Under the pieces are notes generated by a model. It was given only the letters and a program-made list of their open reading frames with translations, was not told the origin of the DNA and did no database searches. From positions 32,001 to 96,000 of the forward strand of contig CBDUPA010000006.1 of NCBI GenBank assembly GCA_965368975.1: a DNA stretch of 64,000 bases. Direction: 5' to 3'. Each line of letters opens with the position of its first letter. Position 1 is the stretch's first letter. Positions 50,190 through 59,090 of the stretch are shown one piece after another. Both the position numbers and the translations under genes were made by a program. This stretch comes from an uncultured bacterium. Lineage in GTDB: Bacteria > Acidobacteriota > Thermoanaerobaculia > Multivoradales > JAHZIX01.

Positions 50190-50687
50190 ATGAGCGACTG
50201 CAACCTTCAGATCCGTTCTGCCCGAGATGAGGATGCGCCGGTGTTGACTCGCATAGCTCAGGCTGCCAAGCAGCACTGGGGTTACCCGGAAGAATGGATG
50301 CAACTGTGGCGCGACGATCTGACCTTGACCCCCGAGGTTCTAGCTGAGCAGACCGTCTACTGCGCCTGGGACAACAGCATCGTGGGCTTTTATGCGCTCA
50401 GCACGGCCCCCTTGGCGACCTCGTTAGATGCAGGTGTTCCTGTGACGACCGAGGTCGAGCTGGAGCACATGTGGGTAGATCCTGCGCACATCGGCCGCGG
50501 TCTGGGCCGGCGTCTGCTGGAGCACGCGCGCGAGCAGGCTCGCCGTCGTGGCGCGCACGCCCTACGCATTGTCTCGGACCCCCACGCCGAGGGGTTCTAC
50601 CGCAAGGCGGGGGCGCAGCCGGTAGGGCAGGTGGCGTCGGTGCCGCCGGGACGGTTCTTGCCGGTGATGCGTCTACCACTGGTGTGA
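50190..50687 (+). CDS. GNAT family N-acetyltransferase
   Basis: KQHWGYP, LEHMWVDP.HIGRGLGR, SDPHAEGFY. Confidence 0.9.
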   Translation: MSDCNLQIRSARDEDAPVLTRIAQAAKQHWGYPEEWMQLWRDDLTLTPEVLAEQTVYCAWDNSIVGFYALSTAPLATSLDAGVPVTTEVELEHMWVDPAHIGRGLGRRLLEHAREQARRRGAHALRIVSDPHAEGFYRKAGAQPVGQVASVPPGRFLPVMRLPLV

Positions 50688-50700
50688 ATCAGGGCGGCAG

Positions 50701-53451
50701 TTACGGCGCCAACAAGTTGGCGAACAACCGGTAGGCACCGACGACGCCTGTCGGCAGCTGACGGAAGAACGCCAGGCCGGTGTAGATGTACGTGCCCTCG
50801 CCGACCTTGGCGACTAGCAGGCTGCCTTGCAGTTCCTCGCCGCCGGGATCGGCCATCGCCAGCAGCGGCGTGTAGCCGGTGTCCCAGGTGCCGCCGAAGT
50901 ACAGGCCGCGCTCCTGCACCCAGCTGTCCCAGTCGCGCGGACCGAGCCGATTGGGCGTGTGGAAGAACCGGTGCTCCGGATCGAGCAGGCGGACGGCGGC
51001 GGTCTCGTCGGTCACACGGCCGTGCGGGCGCGCGATGTCCAGGGGCAGCGGGGCATAGTCACCGCCGACGAACTGGTATTGCTGGTACTGCACCACCAGG
51101 CGGCCACCCGCGCGCAGGTAGTCGAGCAGGCGGTCGTTGGCCTGGATCAGCGCCGCATCGATCTCGTAGGCGCGGCTGCCGATGACGATCACGTCGTACA
51201 CCGACAGGTCGCCGACCGCCAAGGCCTTGGCGTCGAGGATCTCGAGCGGTACCCCGATCTGGCGCAGAGCTTCCGGCACGCGGTCCGAGGCGCCGCGCAC
51301 GTAACCGACGCGCTGTAGCTCGGGCAACTCGATGTCTCCCACGCTCAGCTCCACCGTCGCCTCCTGCGGCAGCGGCTCCGGGCGGATGTGGCTGTAGTCG
51401 ACCAGCGGCGTGGCGAGTGAGAAGCGGCGGCCATCGTCGGTGACGGCGGTGACGCGGACCTTGTGGCGACCGGTGGGCAGTAGGGTCGGAGGCACCAGGC
51501 GTAGTTGGGCGGCGGTGTCCTCGCCGGCACGCACGTGCAGCCGTGGCGCCTCGTCCGCTAGCTCGATCGGCGGCCAGCCGGCCGGTACCTCGACCTCCAG
51601 CCGGGCGTCGAGATCTTGCGCGCTGTGGTTGCTGAGGCGCACCTCCAGGGTACGCGGGGCGGTCTGGGCGCTGGGCCAGACGATCTGCCGCGGGCTGATC
51701 GCGACTTCCAGCGCGGGCACCACGCGTAGTGGTCGCCGGATCTCGCCCACGGCCTGATCGGCGGTGCGGTAGACGGCTTCCCGGCGTAGCTGCAGCGGCG
51801 CGCCGTCGAGTTGGGCACTCACGGTGCCGAGAATCGGTGCCGGCTGGAAAGGCTGACCACGCAGTTCCGCCGGCACATCATTCCAGTTGTAGAGGCTGCC
51901 CTGCAGTGGTTGTTGCAAGAAGTAGGCGCGGCTGGCCGGGACCTCGGCCGGGACCGTGACCTCGAAGCGCCACCGGCGCAGCTCCCCGCGGCCGAGGGGC
52001 CAGGGGCCCTCAGTGCTGGAAACAGCATCAGCACCTTCCTGGCCCTCACGAGGTTCGTCCGCCACCATCAATTCGCCCGTTGCGGTCCAGCCGTCGGGCA
52101 GCTGCAGCTCGACGTGTTCGACGCTCAAGTCGCGGCGGCCACTGTTCCAGACGCTCAGGACGACCGGTGTCGTTGCGCCCGGCACCAGTGCTGGCTGGTC
52201 GCTCCAGACGTCGAACATCAGGTCGGCGGCGGCACTCAGCGCCTGGCTGCCAACCTGCAGCTTCTCGTTGATCAGCTCGGCGCAGCCGCGGGCTCCCGGA
52301 ACCCTGTTGTCGATGGCCGGCTGCAGGGCTTCCCGTGCTTGGCGCAGCTGGTCGAGGATCTCCAGGATTGGGTCGACGAAGCGCTGTAGTGTCGACGGGG
52401 CGAGATCGCGGCGCGCTTGCTGCGCCAGCACTTCGGCCTGGCTGAGATGATCCTCGACGCGCGCGCGCACCTCGCCCTCGGGCAGGCCTGCTGCCATCGC
52501 GGTCAGGCTGGTGTCGATACCGGAGAAGGCGCCGTCCCGTCCCTCGCTGGTTGCCGCGCCTGCTTCCGGTACCAGCCGGTTTTCGCGTCCGCCGGGGTCC
52601 TGCAGCCGGCCCATGTCCTGGGAGCGGTGTTCGCTACGGCTGGCGATGGCCAATTGCAAGAAGGACTTGCCGGTCAGCGGATCGACGCCGCCGAGCGGAA
52701 AGCGCAGCGCCTCGACGTTCGGCCCGGCGAACCAGCCGGCGCGGTAGAAAGCTTGCGGTTGCCAGGGCTCGTAGCCTTCGTCGAGCAGCTGCGGTAGCGC
52801 CTCGGGGTCACCGGCCCGCTCGAAGGCCTCCTGGGCGATCAGCGCTGATGCTTGGTGCTGCCCATGGCCAGCGCGGGCGTCGCCTGGAAAAATGGCAACG
52901 ATGACTTGCGGTCGGAAGCGGCGTACCACGCGCACGGCGTCTTCGAGCAGAATCTCGCGCGGCCACAGCTCGAAGGTCTCGTCCAGAGAGCGGGTGTAGC
53001 CGAAGTCGTAGGCGCGGGTGAAGTACTGGCGCGCTCCGTCGATGCGGCGAGCGGACATCAGTTCGCGGCTGCGGATCAGTCCGAGGCCGACGCCCAACTC
53101 TGTGCCGATCAGGTTCTGCCCGCCTTCGCCTCGGTTGAGAGAGAGGTAGGCGGCCTCGCCGCCCTGACCGCGTGCAACGAAGGTCAGGAGCGAGGTGTCC
53201 TCGTCGTCCGGGTGGGCTGCGATGATGAGTAGCCGCCGGTGTCCCGACAACTTGGCCAGGGCGCGGTCGACCAGCTCGACGCCACCGGTGGTGACGGGCT
53301 CGAGCGCGGCGCGCAGAGTGTCCGCGGCGGTTGTCCCGTAGAGGCCGGGTTCGGTCTGGGCGCTACTGGCAGCCGTGCCGGCGGCGAGAAGGAACGCGGT
53401 GACCAAGATGGTGACGAGTCGGGTGGGAGCAGGCAGGTTGAAACGGCTCAT
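50701..53451 (-). CDS. Secreted PIG-L/LmbE family deacetylase with C-terminal beta-sandwich (NEW3-like) domains
   Basis: Signal peptide; AAHPDDED, RGEGGQN, DFGY, HGQHQAS, H.SQ; C-terminal WVQERGLY...FFRQL. Confidence 0.92.
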   Translation of the reverse strand: MSRFNLPAPTRLVTILVTAFLLAAGTAASSAQTEPGLYGTTAADTLRAALEPVTTGGVELVDRALAKLSGHRRLLIIAAHPDDEDTSLLTFVARGQGGEAAYLSLNRGEGGQNLIGTELGVGLGLIRSRELMSARRIDGARQYFTRAYDFGYTRSLDETFELWPREILLEDAVRVVRRFRPQVIVAIFPGDARAGHGQHQASALIAQEAFERAGDPEALPQLLDEGYEPWQPQAFYRAGWFAGPNVEALRFPLGGVDPLTGKSFLQLAIASRSEHRSQDMGRLQDPGGRENRLVPEAGAATSEGRDGAFSGIDTSLTAMAAGLPEGEVRARVEDHLSQAEVLAQQARRDLAPSTLQRFVDPILEILDQLRQAREALQPAIDNRVPGARGCAELINEKLQVGSQALSAAADLMFDVWSDQPALVPGATTPVVLSVWNSGRRDLSVEHVELQLPDGWTATGELMVADEPREGQEGADAVSSTEGPWPLGRGELRRWRFEVTVPAEVPASRAYFLQQPLQGSLYNWNDVPAELRGQPFQPAPILGTVSAQLDGAPLQLRREAVYRTADQAVGEIRRPLRVVPALEVAISPRQIVWPSAQTAPRTLEVRLSNHSAQDLDARLEVEVPAGWPPIELADEAPRLHVRAGEDTAAQLRLVPPTLLPTGRHKVRVTAVTDDGRRFSLATPLVDYSHIRPEPLPQEATVELSVGDIELPELQRVGYVRGASDRVPEALRQIGVPLEILDAKALAVGDLSVYDVIVIGSRAYEIDAALIQANDRLLDYLRAGGRLVVQYQQYQFVGGDYAPLPLDIARPHGRVTDETAAVRLLDPEHRFFHTPNRLGPRDWDSWVQERGLYFGGTWDTGYTPLLAMADPGGEELQGSLLVAKVGEGTYIYTGLAFFRQLPTGVVGAYRLFANLLAP

Positions 53452-53554
53452 GACGACGGATTGTACTGCGGCCTGTTCTACAGTCGGGGAAAAACCCAAC
53501 TCGGTCCGTCTAAACCTATGAAGGCGACGAAGGCCGTAGATCCGATCCTTGAGT

Positions 53555-53657
53555 GGTCTGCGGCAGTTTCGTAGCCGGGCCGTCGGGGTCCCATCGGCGT
53601 CCAACTTTCGGGGCCCCGTTCGCTGGCAGTCTCTGTGGCTACCGGCCGGCCGCAACC
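53555..53657. ncRNA. Candidate structured RNA (nested imperfect hairpin) in the glgA-deacetylase intergenic region
   Basis: Nested stems tgcggc/gccgca, gtagcc/ggctac, ggggtccc/ggggcccc; no known family recognised. Confidence 0.3.
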
Positions 53658-53681
53658 CCCTCTGTCACTCCCTTCTACAAG

Positions 53682-53713
53682 GCCCTCACCACCGTTTCGA
53701 TGGTGGTGGGGGC
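53682..53713 (-). terminator. Hairpin downstream of glgA (possible terminator)
   Basis: gccctcaccacc...ggtggtgggggc stem with a GAAA loop on the minus strand; weak U tail. Confidence 0.5.
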
Positions 53714-53749
53714 TCCCTCCTTTGGGGGCGCAGTCCAGTTTCCCACCTT

Positions 53750-55237
53750 CTATGTTTCCGTCATGAGGCGGTACAGCTCTTCGTACTTGACGCCTTGCAT
53801 CTGCCACGAGAAATCTTGTGCCATACCGTTGCGCATCAGCTGCTCCCAGGCGTCCGGGTCGGCGTAGGTGTCCAGCGCGTAGCTGATCGCCCAGCGCAAG
53901 GCGTCGGTGTTGTAGTGCTCGAAGACGAAGCCGGTCCCCTCGCGCGTCTGTCCGTCCCACAGTTGGACGGTGTCGGCCAGACCGCCAGTCTTGCGCACGA
54001 TCGGCGGCGTGCCGTACCGTAGGCTGTACATCTGGTTGAGACCGCACGGCTCGTAGCGCGACGGCATCAGGAAGCTGTCGGCGCCAGCTTCGATCAGGTG
54101 CGCGAGTTCTTCGGAGTAGCCGCGGTAGTAGCAGACGCGGCCCGGGAAGGCCTGTTGCAATTGTTGGAAGAAGTCCTGGTACTTGGCCTCGCCGCTGCCC
54201 AGTATCGTCAGCCGCACGTCGCCGCGGGCGCGCAATAGGGCCGGCAGGACGTCGAAGAAGAGGTCGAAGCCTTTCTGCCCGGTAAGTCGCGAGACGACGC
54301 CGAAGGTGAGCGCCCGCGGGTCGGCGTCGAGGCCGAGCGAGCGCAGCAGGTGTAGCTTGGTCTCGTGCTTGCCGCTCAGGTCGTTGGCGTCGTAGGTGTG
54401 CGGGATCAACGCGTCCTGGGCCGGGTTCCAGTCTTCGTAGTCGACACCGTTGACAATCCCTACCAGTGATTCGCGGCGCGCGCGCAGCAAAGGATGCAAG
54501 CCGCGCCCGAACTCCTCGGTCTGGATCTCGAGCGCGTAGGTGCGACTGACGGTACTCAGCACATCGGCGTAGAGCAGGCCGGTGACCAGGAAGTTGAGTC
54601 GACCCGCTTGCAGGTCGTCCTGGTGCAACTTGGAGGCGAAGCCGCCGAGATCCAGCGACTCGATCACCGCCGCCGGGAACACACCCTGGTAGGCCAGGTT
54701 GTGCAGGGTCAGCAGCGTACGGCTGTGGGCGAACAGCTGGTCCCAGCTGTAGTGGTGACGCAGGTAGAAGGGTAGCAGCGCGGTGTGCCAGTCGTTGCAG
54801 TGGAAGACGTCCGGCCCCCAGCCCATACGCTGGCAGCACTCGATCACCACGCGCGACAGGAAGCCGAAGCGCAGCCACTCGTCGTCGCCACCGTAGATGC
54901 CGTCGCGGCCGTAGAGGGCCGGGCAGTGCAGGAAGTAGGTGCCGAGCGGGTGGTCCTGGCCATCTTGGCCGTGCCCCTTGCGGTCGCGCAGCTGCAGCAC
55001 GCTGTAAGTGAAGGCGTGGTTGCCGAAGTGGAGGGTCTGGTTCTGCAGGAAGCCGACCGGGGTCAGGTCCAGGTCACTGGTGTCGATGCTGCGGTACAGC
55101 GGCAGAAACAGGCGTACGTCGTGCCCCGCTTCGGCCAAGTAGCGTGGCAAAGCTGCCGCCACGTCGGCGAGGCCGCCGGTCTTGGCGTAAGGGGTGACTT
55201 CGGAGGCGACGAAGCAGATCTTCAATCTTGTTTCCAT
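53750..55237 (-). CDS. glgA: Glycogen synthase (GT5)
   Basis: ASEVTPYAKTGGLADV, HCNDWHT, LHNLAYQG, GIVNGVDY..WNP, SRLTGQKG, PSRYEPCGLNQMYSLRYGT. Confidence 0.97.
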   Translation of the reverse strand: METRLKICFVASEVTPYAKTGGLADVAAALPRYLAEAGHDVRLFLPLYRSIDTSDLDLTPVGFLQNQTLHFGNHAFTYSVLQLRDRKGHGQDGQDHPLGTYFLHCPALYGRDGIYGGDDEWLRFGFLSRVVIECCQRMGWGPDVFHCNDWHTALLPFYLRHHYSWDQLFAHSRTLLTLHNLAYQGVFPAAVIESLDLGGFASKLHQDDLQAGRLNFLVTGLLYADVLSTVSRTYALEIQTEEFGRGLHPLLRARRESLVGIVNGVDYEDWNPAQDALIPHTYDANDLSGKHETKLHLLRSLGLDADPRALTFGVVSRLTGQKGFDLFFDVLPALLRARGDVRLTILGSGEAKYQDFFQQLQQAFPGRVCYYRGYSEELAHLIEAGADSFLMPSRYEPCGLNQMYSLRYGTPPIVRKTGGLADTVQLWDGQTREGTGFVFEHYNTDALRWAISYALDTYADPDAWEQLMRNGMAQDFSWQMQGVKYEELYRLMTET

Positions 55238-55458
55238 TCCGCTTGTTCCCATTCTGCCGGGATTTCGCGGGGTTTGAGGACGCCGGCCTTGTGCGCGAAA
55301 GCCAGAGTTTGTTCGACCCACCGCAGTCGTTGGGCGAGTGTTGTGCGCTGAGCCAGCTCCCGACGTAGACGCTCTGCACCCTCGAAGGTTCCGTAGGACC
55401 AATCCGGTTCGATGGGGGGAAGGGGCATGCGCTGCTTCATGGTTCGGCTTTCTGCCAT
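55222..55458 (-). CDS. Small helical protein, candidate antitoxin partner of the nucleotidyltransferase
   Basis: ATG 3 nt after the nucleotidyltransferase stop; overlaps the glgA start; 78 aa with a T..QRL.W helix. Confidence 0.65.
   Translation of the reverse strand: MAESRTMKQRMPLPPIEPDWSYGTFEGAERLRRELAQRTTLAQRLRWVEQTLAFAHKAGVLKPREIPAEWEQAEWKQD
55227..55256. repeat. 15-bp tandem duplication spanning the glgA start codon
   Basis: cttgtttccattccg cttgttcccattctg (EWEQA/EWKQD). Confidence 0.7.
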
Positions 55459-55461
55459 TAC

Positions 55462-55953
55462 TTATTGCGAGTGGATTCTCAGGAGTTCTTCTATGTCTTC
55501 TTCGTCGCGTCGCCGTCCCACTTCTTTCTTGATCGTGATCAGATCTTCGAGCGACGCGATTCGTACCTGTGAATCTCCCAATTCGTGTAATTCGGAGCGT
55601 TCCCAGAGTTGCTCGAAGGGAAGTGGGTAGTCGACGAAGAGGTCCACATTGACGATAGGATCGTTCAAATCGCGCATCGAGAACACCGTCATGTGCTTGT
55701 TCTCGATCCAGTCGCGCCTTGCTTCGGGATCTGCAAACTTCTCGGCCGGTACTGGAACCAACGGTGTGAGTCCCAAGCCCTGTAGGGCTTCAATGGCCCG
55801 AAGTGCTTCTCTTGGCTCCAGATCAATGACCAGATCCAAATCCTGGGTCACACGGATGTAGCCATGCAGCACGACCGCGATACCCCCGACCGTCACGTAG
55901 CGGACCTGGGCTTCTTCGAGTGCTGCGAATACCGTTTCGAACCAACTCTGCAT
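55462..55953 (-). CDS. Pol-beta-like nucleotidyltransferase (AbiEii/MenT-like family)
   Basis: VGGIAVVLHG..R.TQDLD, VDL, L..IK..GR..D..DI motifs; AT-richer than the flanks. Confidence 0.85.
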   Translation of the reverse strand: MQSWFETVFAALEEAQVRYVTVGGIAVVLHGYIRVTQDLDLVIDLEPREALRAIEALQGLGLTPLVPVPAEKFADPEARRDWIENKHMTVFSMRDLNDPIVNVDLFVDYPLPFEQLWERSELHELGDSQVRIASLEDLITIKKEVGRRRDEEDIEELLRIHSQ

Positions 55954-55994
55954 AGAAGATCAGTATAGCCCCGCGACGGCATATACTGCTCTCT

Positions 55995-57245
55995 ATGACG
56001 TCGCTCGAGACCCGTAACGTCGTTTTCGTCGCCCCGTTCTTCCTGCCCGCGACGCTGCGCTTTGTCGAGGCAGCGGCGGATCTGCCCGGGGTGCGGCTGG
56101 CGCTCGTGACCCAAGAAAAAGTGACACAGCAGACGGTGGAGCAGCTGCCGTCGGCGCTACGGTCGAAAGTCGTGGCGCACTGGGGGGTCGACGATGCGCT
56201 CGACGCCGAGCAGCTGACCACCGCCGTGCGTGGCTTGGCGGACCGGCTGGGACCTGTGCATCGACTGATGGGGGCACTCGAGCAGCTGCAAGAACCGTTG
56301 GCGGCGGTGCGCGAGGCACTCGGCATCGACGGCATGGGGGTCGAGACGGCGGGCAACTTCCGCCAGAAGGCGCGCATGAAAGATGTTCTGCGTGCCGCCG
56401 GCCTGCCGTGTGCTCGTCACTGCCTGGCTGAAGACCCGCGGGCCGCCGAAGACTTTGCCACCGAGGTCGGGTTTCCGCTCGTGCTCAAGCCGCCGGCCGG
56501 AGCCGGAGCGCAGGGGACCTTCCGGGTCGACAATATGGCTGCCCTGCGGCAGGCCGTCGAGGTGTTTCGACCGGCGCCGGGCAAAGCCATGCTGATCGAG
56601 GAATTCATCACCGGCGACGAGTACAGCTTCGAGACGCTGAGCTTGCACGGCGAGCCGCTGTGGTCGTCGATCACGCACTATCGACCGGCTCCGCTGGACG
56701 TGCTGCGCAACCCCTGGATCCAGTGGTGCGTGCTCTTGCCGCGCGAAATCCACGCGCCGCCCTGGAGCGACATCCAGGAGGTCGGTCTGCAGGCGTTGCA
56801 GGCTTTGGGCATGGGTACTGGCCTGACGCACATGGAGTGGTTCCGGCGCAAGGACGGCAGCGTGGCGATCTCGGAAGTTGCCGCCCGTCCACCGGGAGCC
56901 CAGATCACCAACCTTCTGTCGTGGGCACACGAGGTCGATTTCAAGCGCGTTTGGGCAGAACTGATGATCTACGACCGGTTGCACATTCCGGAGCGCAAGT
57001 TCGCGACCGGTGCTGCTTTCCTGCGCGGCCAGGGGCGTGGCACCGTCAAGGCGGTGCACGGCCTGGACGTGGCGCAGCGCGAGGTCGGCGAACTGGTGGT
57101 CGAGACTCACCTGCCACGGGCGGGACAGCCGCAGGCCAGTAGCTATGAAGGCGAAGGGTACGTGATCCTGCGCCACGAAGACACCGAAGTCGTCGCGCGC
57201 GCTCTCAGCCGTCTGGTCCAGCGCGTCCAGGTCGAGCTGGGCTGA
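55995..57245 (+). CDS. ATP-grasp ligase family protein
   Basis: FRQKARMK, GFPLVLKP..GAGA, EEFITGDEYSF, HMEWF, EVAARPPG. Confidence 0.92.
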   Translation: MTSLETRNVVFVAPFFLPATLRFVEAAADLPGVRLALVTQEKVTQQTVEQLPSALRSKVVAHWGVDDALDAEQLTTAVRGLADRLGPVHRLMGALEQLQEPLAAVREALGIDGMGVETAGNFRQKARMKDVLRAAGLPCARHCLAEDPRAAEDFATEVGFPLVLKPPAGAGAQGTFRVDNMAALRQAVEVFRPAPGKAMLIEEFITGDEYSFETLSLHGEPLWSSITHYRPAPLDVLRNPWIQWCVLLPREIHAPPWSDIQEVGLQALQALGMGTGLTHMEWFRRKDGSVAISEVAARPPGAQITNLLSWAHEVDFKRVWAELMIYDRLHIPERKFATGAAFLRGQGRGTVKAVHGLDVAQREVGELVVETHLPRAGQPQASSYEGEGYVILRHEDTEVVARALSRLVQRVQVELG

Positions 57246-57305
57246 ACCCGTCATGGACGCACAGAGGCGGCGAGCGAACCTCGCTCAGCAGGAGACTCGA
57301 TCATC

Positions 57306-58526
57306 ATGAAAGTCCTCATGTTCTCGCCCGGTTTCCCGGCCGAGATGCCCTTCTTCACGCGTGGTCTGGCCGCTGCCGGCGCGCAAGTGCTGGGCATTGG
57401 CGACCAGCCCGAGTCGATGCTACCGGAGCCAGCGCGCGAGTGCCTGGCCGCGTACCTGCGCCTGCCCAACCTGTGGGACGAAGCCGCAGTGATCGACGCC
57501 GTGCGTCGCTGGGTGGCACCGCTGGGTGGAGTCGACCGCGTCGAGTGCCTGTGGGAACCGGGCATGGTGCTGGCGGCGCGCTTGCGCACGGCGCTGGGGC
57601 TGCCCGGCATGGGCGTCGAGCAGACGGTGCGCTTCCGCGACAAGGGGGAGATGAAGAAGGCGCTCGACGACGCCGGAATCCGCACGCCGAGGCACGCGCG
57701 GTCCAAGACTGTACACGGTTGCCTGGAAGCGGCCGAGCGGATCGGCTATCCGCTGATCCTCAAGCCGATCGCGGGCGCCGGCAGTCAGGACACCTACAAA
57801 GCCGAGAGCCAGGCGGAGTTGGAGGACATTCTGCCGCGCTTGCGGCACGTCGACGAGGTGAGCGTCGAGGAGTACATCGACGGCGAGGAGTACACCTTCG
57901 ACACCATCTGTGCCGGCGGCGAGATCCTGTTCCACAACATCGCCTGGTACCGGCCCAAGCCGCTGATCGCCCGCAACGTCGAGTGGATCAGTCCGCAGAC
58001 GGTGAATCTGCGCGACACCTCCGGGCTGCACTTCGCTGCCGGCCAGCAGTTGGGGCGCGATGTGCTGCGCGCGCTCGGTTTCCGCACCGGCTTCAGCCAC
58101 ATGGAGTGGTTCCTGAAGCCCAATGGGGAGGCGGTGTTTGGTGAGATCGGCGCGCGCCCACCGGGTGGACGCTCGGTCGATCTGATGAACTACACCTGTG
58201 ACACCGACGTCTACCGTGGCTGGGGCGACGCCATCGCCGGTCGCCGGTTCACTCAGCCGACGCAGCGCAAGTACAACGCCATCGCGGTGTTCAAACGGGC
58301 GCACGGCGAAGGTCGCATCCAGCGGATCGAAGGGCTGGAGCGGTTGCTGTCACGCTTCGGCAGGTACGTCGCGTGCGTCGACCTGCTACCTGTGGGCCAT
58401 CCGCGCCGTAACTGGCGCCAGACCCTGCTCTCGGACGGCTACCTGATCGTCCGCCACCCGGACCTCGAGACGGCGCTCGACATGGCGGACCGGGTGGGGA
58501 CGGATCTACAGCTATACGCCGGGTAG
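57306..58526 (+). CDS. ATP-grasp ligase family protein (paralogue of the upstream gene)
   Basis: AGGAG RBS; FRDKGEMK, GYPLILKP.AGAGS, EEYIDGEEYTF, HMEWF, EIGARPPG. Confidence 0.92.
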   Translation: MKVLMFSPGFPAEMPFFTRGLAAAGAQVLGIGDQPESMLPEPARECLAAYLRLPNLWDEAAVIDAVRRWVAPLGGVDRVECLWEPGMVLAARLRTALGLPGMGVEQTVRFRDKGEMKKALDDAGIRTPRHARSKTVHGCLEAAERIGYPLILKPIAGAGSQDTYKAESQAELEDILPRLRHVDEVSVEEYIDGEEYTFDTICAGGEILFHNIAWYRPKPLIARNVEWISPQTVNLRDTSGLHFAAGQQLGRDVLRALGFRTGFSHMEWFLKPNGEAVFGEIGARPPGGRSVDLMNYTCDTDVYRGWGDAIAGRRFTQPTQRKYNAIAVFKRAHGEGRIQRIEGLERLLSRFGRYVACVDLLPVGHPRRNWRQTLLSDGYLIVRHPDLETALDMADRVGTDLQLYAG

Positions 58527-58543
58527 ATCGTTAGCTGATCAAC

Positions 58544-58987
58544 TCAGAAAGCGAAGGTCCCGATGCCGTAGTAGCACGGGTTCTCGGAACAAGCGATCAT
58601 CTCGACGCGGATGGTGTACTTGCCGGTGTACTTGGTGTCTAGCGTCACCACTGGAACGTCGTCGTCTTCGACATCGCGGTCGAGTTCGTTGCCGTACGCG
58701 TCGTACAGGAACATGTCCATGTCGGAGCAGTCGACGTCGCAAACGCCCACCAGAGCGTAGCTGTCACCAGCGTCAAGCTCGATCGTGATGGTGTCCGACT
58801 TGCGGTTGTCGATCGCGTCGATGTAGGGCTCGTGACTCCTGCGCGCGCCTTCGCCTAGGAGGCGCTTGGCGACGGCATCGAGCTGCGCGTTCACCTGTTC
58901 CTCGAATTCGTTGGCCTCGGCTAGGTCGGCGAACAGCAGAAGTGCAGCAAGGCCAGCACAGGCCAGGAGAGCGGCCTTCCTCATCAT
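58544..58987 (-). CDS. Small secreted protein with a PPC-like beta-sandwich domain
   Basis: Signal peptide; GVCDVDCSDMDMFLYD..GN...D...DD.P, TGKYTI. Confidence 0.75.
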   Translation of the reverse strand: MMRKAALLACAGLAALLLFADLAEANEFEEQVNAQLDAVAKRLLGEGARRSHEPYIDAIDNRKSDTITIELDAGDSYALVGVCDVDCSDMDMFLYDAYGNELDRDVEDDDVPVVTLDTKYTGKYTIRVEMIACSENPCYYGIGTFAF

Positions 58988-59090
58988 GTTCAACCCCTTT
59001 CTCGGGCAGGGCCACCGGCCCGACGATTTTCGTGTCGGTGCCTGCGTGTGTAGTTGATAGCAGGAACTATAGGAAGGCAGGCCAGCCGAG

